Both the position numbers and the translations under genes were made by a program. From Antedon mediterranea (lineage: Eukaryota; Animalia; Echinodermata): a stretch of 64,000 bases of DNA. The first letter of the stretch is position 1. Each line of letters starts with the position of its first letter. Under the pieces are notes generated by a model. It did not search any database, had not been told where the DNA came from, and saw only the letters and a program-made list of their open reading frames with translations. Of the stretch, positions 13,001-26,400 are shown in pieces. Location of the stretch: contig NC_092672.1 of NCBI RefSeq assembly GCF_964355755.1, forward strand, positions 33,548,437 through 33,612,436, given 5' to 3'.

Positions 13001-16000
13001 AAAAATGAAGGTAACCCCCTGAAATATATTATTATTATTATACTGTGCCGTGCATTATACATTTACTACAAAAACAGGTAGTAATACTTCTATCTGTGGT
13101 GGTGACATTTGCTGCCTGCAGGTATGACATAAAGAGTTTATCGTCGCTTGACTTGACACCGTAAACACAGGGAATAACCGCCCCCACTCCACATTTAAAA
13201 CGGCACTCATTTGATGAATAGGTATGTTCAGCTTATTATGCATTCAATAATATTTTTTTATCAACAGAATCCGAGATTCTCATTGAATATGATGTCATAA
13301 GATATAACAAAGCAGTGAACTGTAAGTAAAGTTTAAGCTTGGTTCCCACTAGCGACGCAACACAAGGACGTAACGCAACGTAAGTGAGTTGCCCCATCAC
13401 AAGCGATGGATTATTCAAACTGTTGCTTGTCATTGGTCAACACGCTTGCGTTGCGCGTACGTCCTTGCGTTGCGTCTCTAGTGAAAACCAAGGTTAAGAT
13501 CCCGTAACGACGTTAGCGCATGGCGTGTCATAACTGCAACTACGTAAATAGAAACAAATCTCCATCCTTCTCCAATGACTCAAAATGCTTGCTCAAACAT
13601 AAGTGTTCTGTTCCACTATCTTTTCTTTTAAAATAATTTTATTATAGGCCTACATATTATATATATATATATATATAATATATATTTTTTTTAATAAATG
13701 AATAACCGCCTCTTGATAGCTTTGAAGCGTCTTCGAGGTACAGATAACGTCAATGATGAAATCCAAGAGATGCTCTACGAACGTCGACAAGAAGCGACCT
13801 CTAACAGTACTTCAGTCGGTATACTGGATATACTTAGGTTAAAAGATCCGATGTGGAAATGGCCGCTGATCATTTCAATTCTTCTCCATTCAAGTCAACA
13901 ACTTGGAGGAATAAATGCCGTAAGTATTGTATACTGTGTATGTCACTATACACTGCCCTCTACGAACTATGTGGTAACGTTAGACTTCAATTTCTTGTAG
14001 GTGTTGTATTACACAACCGAACTATTTTCAGAGGCAAATTTAAGTGAGGATGTTATCAAGCTTGCAACGTGTGGTACTGGTCTTATAGCCATTATAACGG
14101 ATACCATAACGGTGGGTTTTCTTACATTTTCTTCATAGGCCTAATTAGTAAACATAAACATATTCAACCATTGTTTACAATACATTCCAATATGATGTAT
14201 GTTCTGGTATATAGTATATTTTTGTGCTAATCAGCCATTGTAATTTTTTTAATGTAGCGCCACCAGGAAGTTTTTTTCGATTCTGATATAGTTAACGACA
14301 CGCCGTTTATGCAAAAATTATTCATTTTGGAGAATATTAAGCTAAATAGCTTCATAGACTACTACCATTGTAGTGTTATAAACCACACTTCCTTTTATTT
14401 ATTTATTTATCTAATTAGTTATTGTACTGTAACCTCAATATAGGTCTAATGTTTTTCTATTTCGTAAATTGTGGCCTCTGCTCTATTTTTAGACTCATTT
14501 TGACCACCATCAACATTTATACTTAATTATTTATAAAGAAATTATTATTATGTATCATTTGTGTAAAGCAAATGAAGCAACAAACAAATAAACTATCCAT
14601 TAAATTAATTCAATTCAACTTTTATTTTGTTCTTTTGTCCACAAAATAAATATTTTCCTCCGTCAGATATTACTTGTTGACAAACTTGGCAGACGATTTT
14701 TCTTGATATTTGCATATTCCCTTATGGCGGTAGCAACAACCTTTCTAACCGTGACTCTAACAGCAAATGTAAGATTGTTTCGTAACTAATTGTTATTGTT
14801 GATTCAAACACAATATATAGTAAATGTTAACTTTGCTATATTTGGAGTAGAGTTGTGGCCTGGTGGTTATGATGCTTGGCTGCCAATCCAAGGGTCCTGG
14901 GTTCAAGTCCTGTCATATGTCAGGATTTTTTCTAATGACAATTTACAACTCCACTCCCAAAGACTTGTAATAAAGACTTTGTTTATGTAGAGCATTGTGT
15001 GTATATGTTTGTCTCGTGAACGGATTGCCACCTTTAAGAAGGATAGTGATTGAATTTGCTTATGGTTATCCTTGGCAATTTGCCTAAATATATAAAAAAA
15101 AAAAAAAATAAAAAAAAAAATAAAAAAAACACAATTATACCTGCTTTATACCTGATAATACGTATCAATGCACTACAGATGTACCTCTTTGTTTTGTGGT
15201 ACATAGAAATCAATTTACTTTTCACGGTGAATATATTTGTATTTTATGTAGTGACAAGTAAAACACATTTTAATGGATAAAAAAATGTTCAACAATTAAA
15301 TTGAATTAAATTGTGTTTTTCTTCTAATTATTCCTTCAACAAACAAAGGGTGAAGTTTGGTCAGTTTTGTCTATTGTTGCTGTATATATGTTCCTTTGTG
15401 GTTTTTCACCAGGACCAGGTAAAAATACTAGTAGTAAAAAAAGTTATATACAAGAGTTATATACAAAATATTTCAATATGCGTTTTTCATGTTCTTTATC
15501 ATATTTACTATTGTTAACGTATTTAATACATCCACATGACTTGCGACAGTCTGTTAGACACTATCTACTGTCAGCTGCAGAATCAAGTGATTTAATTAAA
15601 TGAGTGGCTGGTTTAACTTTCAGGAGCCATGACAATGGTGATTGTCCCGGAGATTTGGACACAAGGCCCGCGTGCCGCGGCTATTACTATTGCTCTTCAA
15701 TTTAACTGGTGGTCTAACTGCATCATAGGAATTGCATTTCCATATATGTTGGTAAGAAGATAGAATTCTCTTTTTTAAATGGTTTTTGTTGCAGTATAAA
15801 TTTCTCTGTAACAAGTTTTCCAAAACTATTTTTAACGCGCTTCTCTCTCTGTAAACGCATGTAAAGGTATTTGACTGCGCTGTTTTGAGCAAATAATCGA
15901 CGCCTATTGTCGAAAAGATTTTGTTTTATATGTTACTAATTTTCACAATTCTCCTTTTATTTTTTAGACCGGTCTAGGGGGATATTCTTTTCTGCTTTTT

Positions 16001-16141
16001 TCAGCCTTTTTAGCGATGGTTGTTATATTCTTTTACTTCTGTGTACCTGAAACAAAACAGAAAACCTTTGCAGAGATTTATTCACATTTCAAAAACAATA
16101 CGTCACATCATGGCAACCATATCGAAATGTCAGGTTCATGA
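10062..16141 (+). CDS. SLC2A: SLC2A/GLUT-family facilitated sugar transporter, tandem copy B (~521 aa; recent duplicate of copy A)
   Basis: Exons: 10062-10118 (tentative first exon, MTKYGSESDSLVSPPPVSE), 10456-10557, 11025-11185, 11742-11866, 12499-12614, 12845-13010, 13268-13321, 13720-13919, 14001-14111, 14667-14768, 15349-15418, 15624-15751, 15968-16141 (TGA). Motifs CPESPRWY, QQLGGINA, DKLGRR, VPETK. Introns also align with copy A. Confidence 0.93.
11398..11716. repeat. Intronic minisatellite, paralogous to 1205-1548
   Basis: Repeated (T/A)TCGTATT(A/G)CGTCACACATTGTATAACTA units. Confidence 0.9.
14843..15090 (+). mobile_element. tRNA-derived SINE-like insertion specific to copy B
   Basis: A/B-box-like TGGCCTGGTGG and GGTTCAAGTCC followed by an A-rich tail; absent from the matching copy A intron; related head at ~27985-28060. 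Confidence 0.6.
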
Positions 16142-17408
16142 CCTATGACGTAATAGCACGTACGCGTGTATTTCTGATTATAACTAGTTTGTTTCATTAC
16201 AATTAACTGATCATCGCAATATTATAGGGCATTTATTGAACCATGTGGCTAAAAAAAACATGATAGCACAATTGACAATTGCAAATCGTACGTTGTGATA
16301 GAACCCGCTACAACGAAAAATAACCAACTATGTGAAGTAATTGTCCGATATGATCAGTTCACATTTGTTGGTGCTGCTGCGTTGAGTAATAAAACTGACA
16401 TTTTTAAAGTTTGGTTACCACTAGGAGCAACCTATCGACAGAAAGTGCCGTATGAAAATATAACGTTTCGTGTCACACGTGGGAAACAAACCACCTAAAC
16501 AGACGCAACAACAGTCGAAAATGACCCTCTGCGTCGATTTTAACGGTTTACGGAAAAACAAATCAGTCTGTTTACGTAACAACGTAAACTAAAACTATGC
16601 GGCGATTCACACGGGCGGCGAAAATATTTTCCCCAAAGACTTTTTCTGAAAATACGAGAGAGGGATCATTAGTATGAATATGCATCATGTTTCATCTGCT
16701 CTGCGCTCGCCCTATGAATGCACTTTTTATTACGCTTTCCGTCGAGCTGTCTGTGTAGTCGAATGGATTAGGCTCTCGACTTTGGTCGATGTATGGGTTG
16801 CGAATCCCATAACCCACTTTTTGTTACTTTATGTTACTTTATGTTACGAGATATTATTTAGAGGGTTAGATTTAGTTATATTTAGGAAGTAGTTCGGCTA
16901 TCTTTCACGTATCTTTTAGAGAAAGTTCGCACCCTGGCGTCCCAGTGGGACATTGTATGGAATAATAGAATACACGACAAGGGTAATTATGATGTTAAGA
17001 TTTGAATAGTAGTTCTATTGGTGTGCTAGTATAAACTTTAAAGAATTTATTATGATAACACAAATACATTAGCATGATATAAAGTTTGCGGTACACAGCA
17101 TAGTTTTGAAAAGAACTGTTGAGTTTCTCGACGTTTCGATCATGCTTTGATCTTCCTCGGGAGTGAGAATAATAAATTAATTATCTTGAATGTTGTTTAT
17201 GAAGATTTAAATATTTATTATCTCTGCGTACGATTTTTGTAATGATTTTCCTGATCCAGTGTGGTACTGCATAAGAACGCCAGCACAAAAAGTCAACATA
17301 CCAGCTTACCAAGTGATTAAAAGTTAATTGTTAATAAAATACAATCACAGGATCAAATAATATATATAAACCAAACCCATGTTCACATTACTAATACAAA
17401 CAGCAGCA

Positions 17409-20400
17409 ATGTCCAGTTGGCTTACTTTCGTCGGAAACGGATCTCATGGAAACGGTCGTATAATGGTAAGACAAGCAATTATTTATCTTTTCTATATAAT
17501 AATTGAAAACACGAGTAAGTAAACATTCTTTGTGTTTTGTTTTGCCAGAAATTTTGTTTGCGCAATTCCATACTGGCAACCAATCCGGCATCGACTTTAC
17601 AATCTTCTTGTTTTATTTGTATATTTATTAATTAATATACAGGCCTTTAATGTTTTATGTTAAAGCATCGTAGAATATTCGCATTCCTTTTGTGTTATTT
17701 GTAAGAAGTATTGCAGAGGAAACATTGTTTTACATTCAGTTTCTATACATTTTCTGTATACAGTAGGCTAGGCCATACTTTTTGTTTTTACAGAGAGGCC
17801 GAGTTAACAGTGATGAGAGTAGAAGCTGTGGTTTTAGCACCAGTGATGGTGGTGGTTTAACGCTATGTCTCATTGGATCGTCATTGGCAGCAGGGCTAGG
17901 TTCATCGCTGCAATATGGATATAATATCAGCGTCATGACTGGCGTATCGTCAGTAAGTCTTTCTACTTATATATTGGTTCTTAGTTGGGCACAACGTATA
18001 AAGGTGTACACGCAAGTGATTTGACCAATCACAAGCGCCAATTTTGATGGTTGCGTTCGTTAGATGGGCGCAACGCACGAAGTAATTTGAACAATTACAA
18101 GAGACGTGTCTATTATAACTTTTCATTAAAGATGTATTGTCCCTTTGACTAATTCCAAAAAAAATTAAAAATTTAAGATTTCGAATAAAAGTAAGTCATT
18201 TTGAAGAATCTTATTAGTTGCATACTTTCTCCAAAAATTAGGCGAAAAAAATCATTTAAACAGACGTTTTTTTGTTCAAAAAATAACTTTTGAGTACCAA
18301 TCAAAGTTTTTTATCAAAACGTATCTCATAATGCAACGCGCTTGTTTGGCTACTCTGTATGCATAATCATAAAACTTCCTCATGATCTGTGTGAAAACAC
18401 CTTCCCAACCGTGACGAGTTGTAAACAACCCTTATTATGCATAATGAATACTCGTGGTTTGAAATATTTGATTACTTTCGCTCGTGACGATTTTCCAGAC
18501 CAAATATAATCAAACTTGTTGTTTTTGGCTCGAATTTTCGACTTAAAGTGAATAACTTTAATATTACTTTGATATGGCCAATTCAATTTTAGAATATTTT
18601 GACCTTCATTTTTTGTGTTTCAAGGGACAATACATTTTTAATTTGTTAAATTAAATGCACAGCGCGTACGTTTTTTAGGTGGATCTTACAAGGAGGAACC
18701 AATTGCAATGCATGTATTATTCCTTAATATTCTAATAGCCTGGGTGCAGTAAAAATTTTGCGGGGAAAAAGTATAGGAAAATTTTTTTCTTTTTTTCTGA
18801 TAGAGTATACCATATAGAATGTCAGAAAAAAATCCCCATCCCAGGGTCTTGGGAAAAATTGTTTACGGCACTTTTAAATTTTGGCCTATATAACACACAC
18901 AAATGCCTATTAACACACACAAATACCTATATATAGGGGATAGGGAAAACCAATTCACGTTTTTTTTTACTTGGAGTTGTGTTATGATGATTAAAATTTG
19001 CTGAGGCTTACTTTAATAACTACTTCTCATAGTAGTTGATAAATCGAGTCGATAACAATGACATCATCATGCCAGAATCCAATATGGCGTCCAATTTGGC
19101 GGAAAAAACAGGGTATTGCTAAACCCCGCAAACCCTTGCAAACCTACTAGTTAAAAAAAACATAGCAAACCCCACCGAACCAACATAATAAAAGTGATTG
19201 AATCATGTAGTGTACGACCCACTGGGTATATCCATGTTTAAAAAAAAAAAAAATTTCTACTGTTAACTACTTATTTTTTGGGGTAAAACATCATTTTTTG
19301 GTAAAAAATGATTGCTAATTTTTAACCAAAAAATAATGAAAATAATAATGATAATTTTCCCTATCCCCTATATATAGGTATTTGTGTATGTTAATAGGAA
19401 TTTGTGTGTGTTATATAGGCCAAAATTTAAAAGTGCCATGAAAAATTTCCCCAAGACCTTGGGATGGGGATTTTTTTCTGACATTCTATATGGTATACTC
19501 TATTAGAAAAACCAAAAAAAAACATTTTCCTATACTTTTTTCCCGCAAATGTGTATAATAATTGTTCTGCACCCAGGCTATAAACCTTACACTGTACAAA
19601 TAGTGTTGAGATGAGATTAACTATTATGAACTGTGAACAATTCATGTCTTATGATTCAATAGTATTATTTGATTGCTTATTGTATAAATAAGTGATTTTA
19701 GTTGTTGAAGAAAAAAATGCTGGTAACAATGAGTCAAACGTAATTCAGCACAACTGCGTTATACCAGAGATAGCTGTTTTGAGTTTATTTCGCTTTTTGT
19801 AAATAATGGTGTATTTTCCTCCAAAAACATGAAAAATGAAGATTAATTAAATCAGACTTTCAATATGTTATTTTGTAGTTTTAATAAAGTTAATCACTTC
19901 CAAAGAAAAAAAAATTGTTTCACTTATATGTACATTTTTTTCTTTCCCGCCATTCATTCACCTTCTGAAAAATTTAGTATAATACTCTCACGTTCAAAAT
20001 GTTAATTTGTTTACAGTTTATTCAGACATTTTACAACGAATCTTACTATTCAAAAACTAATGAATACCTGTCAGAGAATCATCTACGTTGGCTATGGGCA
20101 ATGACGATTGCAGTGTATTGTATTGGAGGGTCATGTGGTTCACTTATTGCAATTTCTTCTACAAACTTTTTTGGCAGGTAAAGCTTTTCGTCACACTTGA
20201 ATGCAACGCAGAAATGTAAGCGCGTCGCAGGTAATTTGACCAATCACGACGCAATGGGTCATCTATCGTTGTTGTGATTGGTCAATTCACGTGCGTTGCA
20301 GCTACGTACTGTACGTAATTGCGTTGAGTCGGAGTGGAAACAAAACTGTTATGTTTACTTTTTACAAATTCAACAAACTTTTTCTCACACGTGTGTTACT

Positions 20401-23400
20401 GCCATAATACACTTTTTAATATTTGTTTTATCCATCTTAATTATAACGTTTTTAAATGCAGTTAAATGCAGCCAAACATAATCTTTCTATTAATTCGTAA
20501 CGTTACACTGTTTAGGCCTGAGCGTATACCCAGTAAATACATCTTGTACCTACTAAACATATTGACAATAATATTATACGATCTTTGTCAATAATAGTCT
20601 GCTTATAATATTTGGTTGTACATGCGACAGTTACAAACGTCATCAATGTTTATTGTTCCATACGTTAAAAAATACTTTCTATTTAAGAAGAGGGACATTA
20701 CTCCTCAACAGCATCATCTCGACATTGGCGGCGCTGTTCATGTTCATCAGCAAGTACATTAATAGCTATGAAATCCTCATTTTTGGGCGTTGGATTATGG
20801 GAATCGCTGTAGGTTAGTTGTCACTATTATTTACGTATAAATAGTAGGCCCACAACCTTGTACTATGCAAAATACAATGGCAAATACATTTTAACTATAG
20901 GTACTTAGTGACCACATTTGTTATACTGCCACCAACGTTTTGAAATTCTGATAACCTGAACAGTATCAGTGGCATTACTTAACTTTATGAAAGAAAAGTT
21001 AATGTTAACTCATAAAGTGATGATTTTAAATATTCTTTTTAAAAAAAATGATATTAAAGATAAAATAGAGTAGTATATGATTATGAAAGATTAATATTAC
21101 ATGTTTAATTAATGATTTCTTTTATGTCAGGCATTGTGATTGTGGCGGTTCCTCTTTACCTGTCTGAAATATCACCGGTAAGATATCGAGGCGGCATTGC
21201 GGCGTTCCATCAACTGGGCGTTGCATCTGGAATTTTATGCGGACAGGTAGGCCTAAAATTAACTAAAGGTATTACAAAACACGTCAAGCAATTTAGTGAA
21301 CTAAATAAAAGTTGAAATAAAAATGTGCCATCACTTTAAAATGATGTCAGCAAATAAATACATCATTTATTTTGGGGGTTTGTTAAGTAATAGATGTGTT
21401 TTCCAAAGTAAAACATCAATATTCATTATTTTATTTAGTCTATAGGATTATATGCATTTTATTCCGATACTAAATGGCCGTTCGCGCTACTTCTGACTCT
21501 ATTTATAAGTTGGACTGGAGCGACATGTTTGTACTTTTGCCCGGAGAGTCCACGATGGCTATTACTAAATCGATACAGACCTTGTTCTGGAGGAAGTACA
21601 GGTAAGTTAACACTAGCTAGCTGTATCAAAGAATATATATCACAAGAATGAGTATTCCGCGATTTTTGCATGAGAAATTTGTAACAGAGAGTTCCAGTGA
21701 GTGATGCCCGCCCTCATAAGGGCGGATGTATACATACTAAATAAGACTTGATTTAATAGACATGATACGTGCCACATTAAATAGAATTATGATGATAGTT
21801 TTTGCAATTGTAAACTATTTTATAATACATATTTATTAACAAACTAGTGTTTATTCACTTTTACAGACAATTATTTACTAACATGCTAAGTTAGTTCACA
21901 AAAAAGGCCTAACACAGCAACACCAAAAATCAACGAATATTACTCAGCACGGCCTATTCTTTACCATTGCCGTGTACTACTCTACGCCCGGTAAATTAAG
22001 TATTGTTTTTATGATATAAATTAGTATAAAACACATGTTATTAATAGGAGAAAATGTTAAATGTCATTAACATTTATTTGTTTTACCAGAAACAAGTTAA
22101 ATATAGGAATATTATTAAACTATCCTTCGTGAAAACGCGTAAACACCAACACGCCCGGTCACGCTATCGTAGCGCCCGGTTGATAAAGCAAACTGTTTAT
22201 ACGGCAGTTTTTACTAAATGAATTGCATAAAACGAACAATTAAATATCCAAATAGTATTTAACATGATGTTGGCATGTAGTTGATAACATTTTTATCATC
22301 GGAAAATACTCCGGTGGTCCAGCCTTTGATTAGTGAAACCTTCACCAAAAGTTGTATACATCCCAGATACATCCACACTTATGGCGGTGCCCTACCACAT
22401 GGACAATATTACTGTTACAGGGAAAATCGCGGATTACTCATTCTTGTGATATATATTCTTTGGCTGTATACATATGATTTATTTTGATGGACCAACCGAC
22501 CTACTGATTCTATCGACCAGCAAAACAGCTAACCATTAGCTATGGACGTATACTACTCTCAACGAGTGAACAACGTGATAGTGCTGACAGGACTACTGAC
22601 TGTGGACTAAAGGCCAATTCAGACAGCGTCGTACCACGCGGCCCGACGGGATAAAATAAAATATTTAATGTTTTCCCGACGACCTAAAAATTACGCCTGA
22701 CGCTATATCAAGACGACTCATCTCGTCGAGATTCAACTCAGACAGCACCGACGAGTCAAGACGTTTCGCGGAGCCTCGTTGTACGAGTTTGCCTTAACTG
22801 ACCAACTCAATTAGTGAATTATACATTAAACAAATATACAACATCAGTTTAATTTATTGAATAGATGAATCACAACTATTGGTTGATAATGGCATTCAGA
22901 AAGCTATAGCAAGAAAAGGTCAGTAGTATTAATCATGCAATGTATAATTAATTTAATGTAGTGATGGTTTTAGATTTTTAACCTTTATTATTATGTATTA
23001 TTGATATTAATTGCGAATAAGATTATTGTTATTCTGTCCATGTCTATTCGAATTAAATGGCCGAGCGGTTAAGGCAGGTTTACCTTACCACTTAAAGAAC
23101 CAACAATATTGGCATGTGTTCGAGGCCGACTCGCTCCTAGTTCCTCTTTTCGGATGACTATAAACATTAGGTTCACTCTACACTCAAGAACCCAGTTCAT
23201 CATTCGAGACGAGTAGGATATTAGCCCGGTGTTTTAAAAAATAGCCCCTGTATCAAGGGAATTACCAGCTAATAATTACCATCTAACAGGACAGTGACAT
23301 TTATTATTGGTAATCCTTGGCCATATGTACATAAAGACAAAAAAAAAAAACATAACATGTTCATGACAAATATGTAGCCATAATTATTAAAACTTGCCAA

Positions 23401-26400
23401 ATAATTTATAACTATATAAGATAAAGTAATCGGGTGCTTTTAAAATGTGTTTGAAAAGAAATATTTTCTGACTATAGCTCTGGTAAAACTTCGAGGTACT
23501 TTCGAAGTGGAGGGTGAAATTAATGAAATGCTGATAGAACGTGCAAAGTTGGAAGATAGCACAGACGGCAAAGTCAGTATGTTAGATTTAATCAAATTAA
23601 AGAACCCAGTGTGGAAATGGCCCCTTATCATCTCCATCGTGTTAATCACGAATCAGCAGTTTTGTGGAATAAACGCGGTAAGTTGCAATAATAAATATCC
23701 GGACTGGCATTTATAATTGTTTTACTAAAAAGTCAACATCATTAAAGAAGAATAACTAAGACTTTATTTATCAACAGTTTTGATCCTATTATATGTTGTT
23801 TTGACATCTGAATCTAAATCATTGAAGTGACTACTCTAGTTAAAGTTAAGATTATTTTAGCATGATAAAGAAACTGACCCTTTGGTTAATTTTGGTCTGT
23901 CTGTAAAAAAACTAAAAGGTTGAACTTGCTATCTATTTATCAGTCAAATATGAAAAGTATTATGAAAAGATACAGTTATTATCATTTTCATTTTGATAAG
24001 TAAACTGTTGTTGTTTTCAGAATTTAGGCTTAATCTAACATTGTAATATTGATGCATACAATTTTCATTGTTAATAGGCCTACTCGTTTCTTGTAGATTA
24101 TGTATTACACGACTGAAGTCTTCATGGCAGCTGGTTTAAATGAGGAGACGGTACGACTAGCTAGCCTAGGAACCGGACTCATTCCGACAACTATGGCTAT
24201 TGTAACAGTAAGATATACATTTATTTATGGTATAATCTTGTTTTACTAATACTCTATTTTAGTTTTCGCAATAGGCATAGATGAAATACAGTCATTACAA
24301 AAATACACTTTACCAACTTTATTTAACACGACCATATATACTAATAAATGTTATCACCCTAAGGCATGAAGACTGTACTATACTAAATTTACGATTGGCT
24401 AATGAATAGACTAGTCACTAACGAAGTGTTGGTTGTTTTCGACGTGGACTATACGTTGTCGGTTACTAAAGCTCTTTTCCCAATAGGACGCAACGCAAGG
24501 ACGTAAGCGCAAAGCAAACGAGTTGGCCAATCACAAGCGAAAATTCGGATAAACCATTGCTTGTGATTGGTAACGTAGTAGTAATTTTAGTACCACCCCT
24601 ACCAATATCTGACATATCATCAAGTAAACAATATAACTATTTATAGATCTTAAACGTGGACAAACTTGGACGGCGGTTCTTCCTGATTGTTGCGTATTCT
24701 GTAATGGCTGTTGCAACAGTGTTCCTATCAATATCATTGCTATCCTCGGTGAGTTACTCTCAGCCTATTAAGCTATGTCTACACTATCAAACTGGTTTGA
24801 TGTGCCTAAATAGGGTAGTGATATGCTCAAATTTGGTAGTGATATGTCATCATTGTGTCCTTAATATGAGCACATCGCATGTTTTGTCACATAAAGTTTG
24901 ATAGTGTAGACAGATCTTACAGTTCTGTCTACACTATCAAACTAGCTTGACAAAAAAACCGTGCCTAAATATGGTAGTGATATGACATCATTGTGTCCAT
25001 TTATGAACACATCGTATTTTATTGTCACATAAAGTTTGATAGTGTAGACAGAGCACTATCAAACTATTTCGACAAAAAGTGTGATGTGCCTAAATATGGT
25101 AGTGATATGGCCAAATATGGTAGTGATATGACATCATCATGTCCATATATGGGCACATCACATAAAGTTTGATAGTGTAGAGTTTAAGGCATTTTTTAAC
25201 GCACACATAAGTTTATTTTATTATTATTATTTTTGTATTCGGACCAATGGCATATGTGTATATCTTAGGCACTGTTCCTAGTAAAGAAAGAAGTTAGGAA
25301 TAATGAATTAATAAATTTTACAGTAGAGCTAAAAACCGTATAGTGATTTTAAAATTTATAGTATAATATAGAGCGCCCTCTGTTGCTTTTAAACTTAAGT
25401 TGAAAGAAATAAACGTTTAAAACAAAAATAATTACATATATTTATCAAAAAAAGTAACAGAAATTATTAGTCAAACAATGTGGAATACGATTCGTTATAC
25501 TTTTATTAAATAAAAATACATTGAATAAATAAATAACATTGTGCGCACATGGCTAGATCCAGCTTGATTATGATAGTTCGGTATTTAGCGCCCTCTGTTC
25601 TTTGCAAACTTTTTTTTACTGATAATTAAACGATGTATTATTATTATTATTATATAACAACACGTGTTTCTTTTACCGTTTATAGGGTTCTGCCTGGTCA
25701 TATTTTTCGATTGTATTTGTGTATATGTTTATACTTGGATTTTCACCAGGGCCAGGTAATACAAAGTTTTTTTGACCAGTACAAGATTCAGTGACGTCAT
25801 ATCGACTCCATTATTTTTATCTTGCTGCAGATGGCGAACTAATAGTTTGTGTCGTCACTGATGAGTATGTCCTGGTCTTAGCAAAATCGAGTGTCGCCTT
25901 ATCACAATCGTACAGTAGTATTATGTTACATTATAGGCCTAATGTACGAGCACGCGGTAATGTTTAAGTAGTGAAGCTGTAACTCGGTGATTAACATGCT
26001 TGCCAGTGTTCACTCCTGACCAAGTGTAATGGTAACTTACAAATCTTTCTATTCTCAAATGAAACTTACGTCCGTATTCTTAAACCGAACTTTAGTAGTT
26101 CGACTTCAAAAAGTGCTAAGTTTAAACCAAATTCGATTCAAAAAGAAGTAATCAAATTTGAAGTTTTTTAACTACGACTTAGAAATACGGGCGGTAGTTT
26201 ATAAATACGATACATGTTAATGCATCCCGGTAATTGACAAGTTTAAATTATGGAAGAAAGAAATCAAGAAATGACACTGTTGTTTAAAATTCATTAGATG
26301 TATTTCATCGGGTGTTGCTTCCAATGAATAATACAACAAGTAAGCGTAGCATATTACTTCACTGCAAACACTACAATATCTTAATGTATGTAATAGATTA

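Noticed and set aside
1-16141. Copies A and B as an uncollapsed haplotype artefact
   Set aside because: They differ by independent TE insertions, many intron indels and multiple amino-acid changes, which fits a real tandem duplication better; read depth would settle it.
25858-25895. CTGATGA hammerhead-like cores here and at ~54678
   Set aside because: No matching stem II/GAAA/stem III could be folded.
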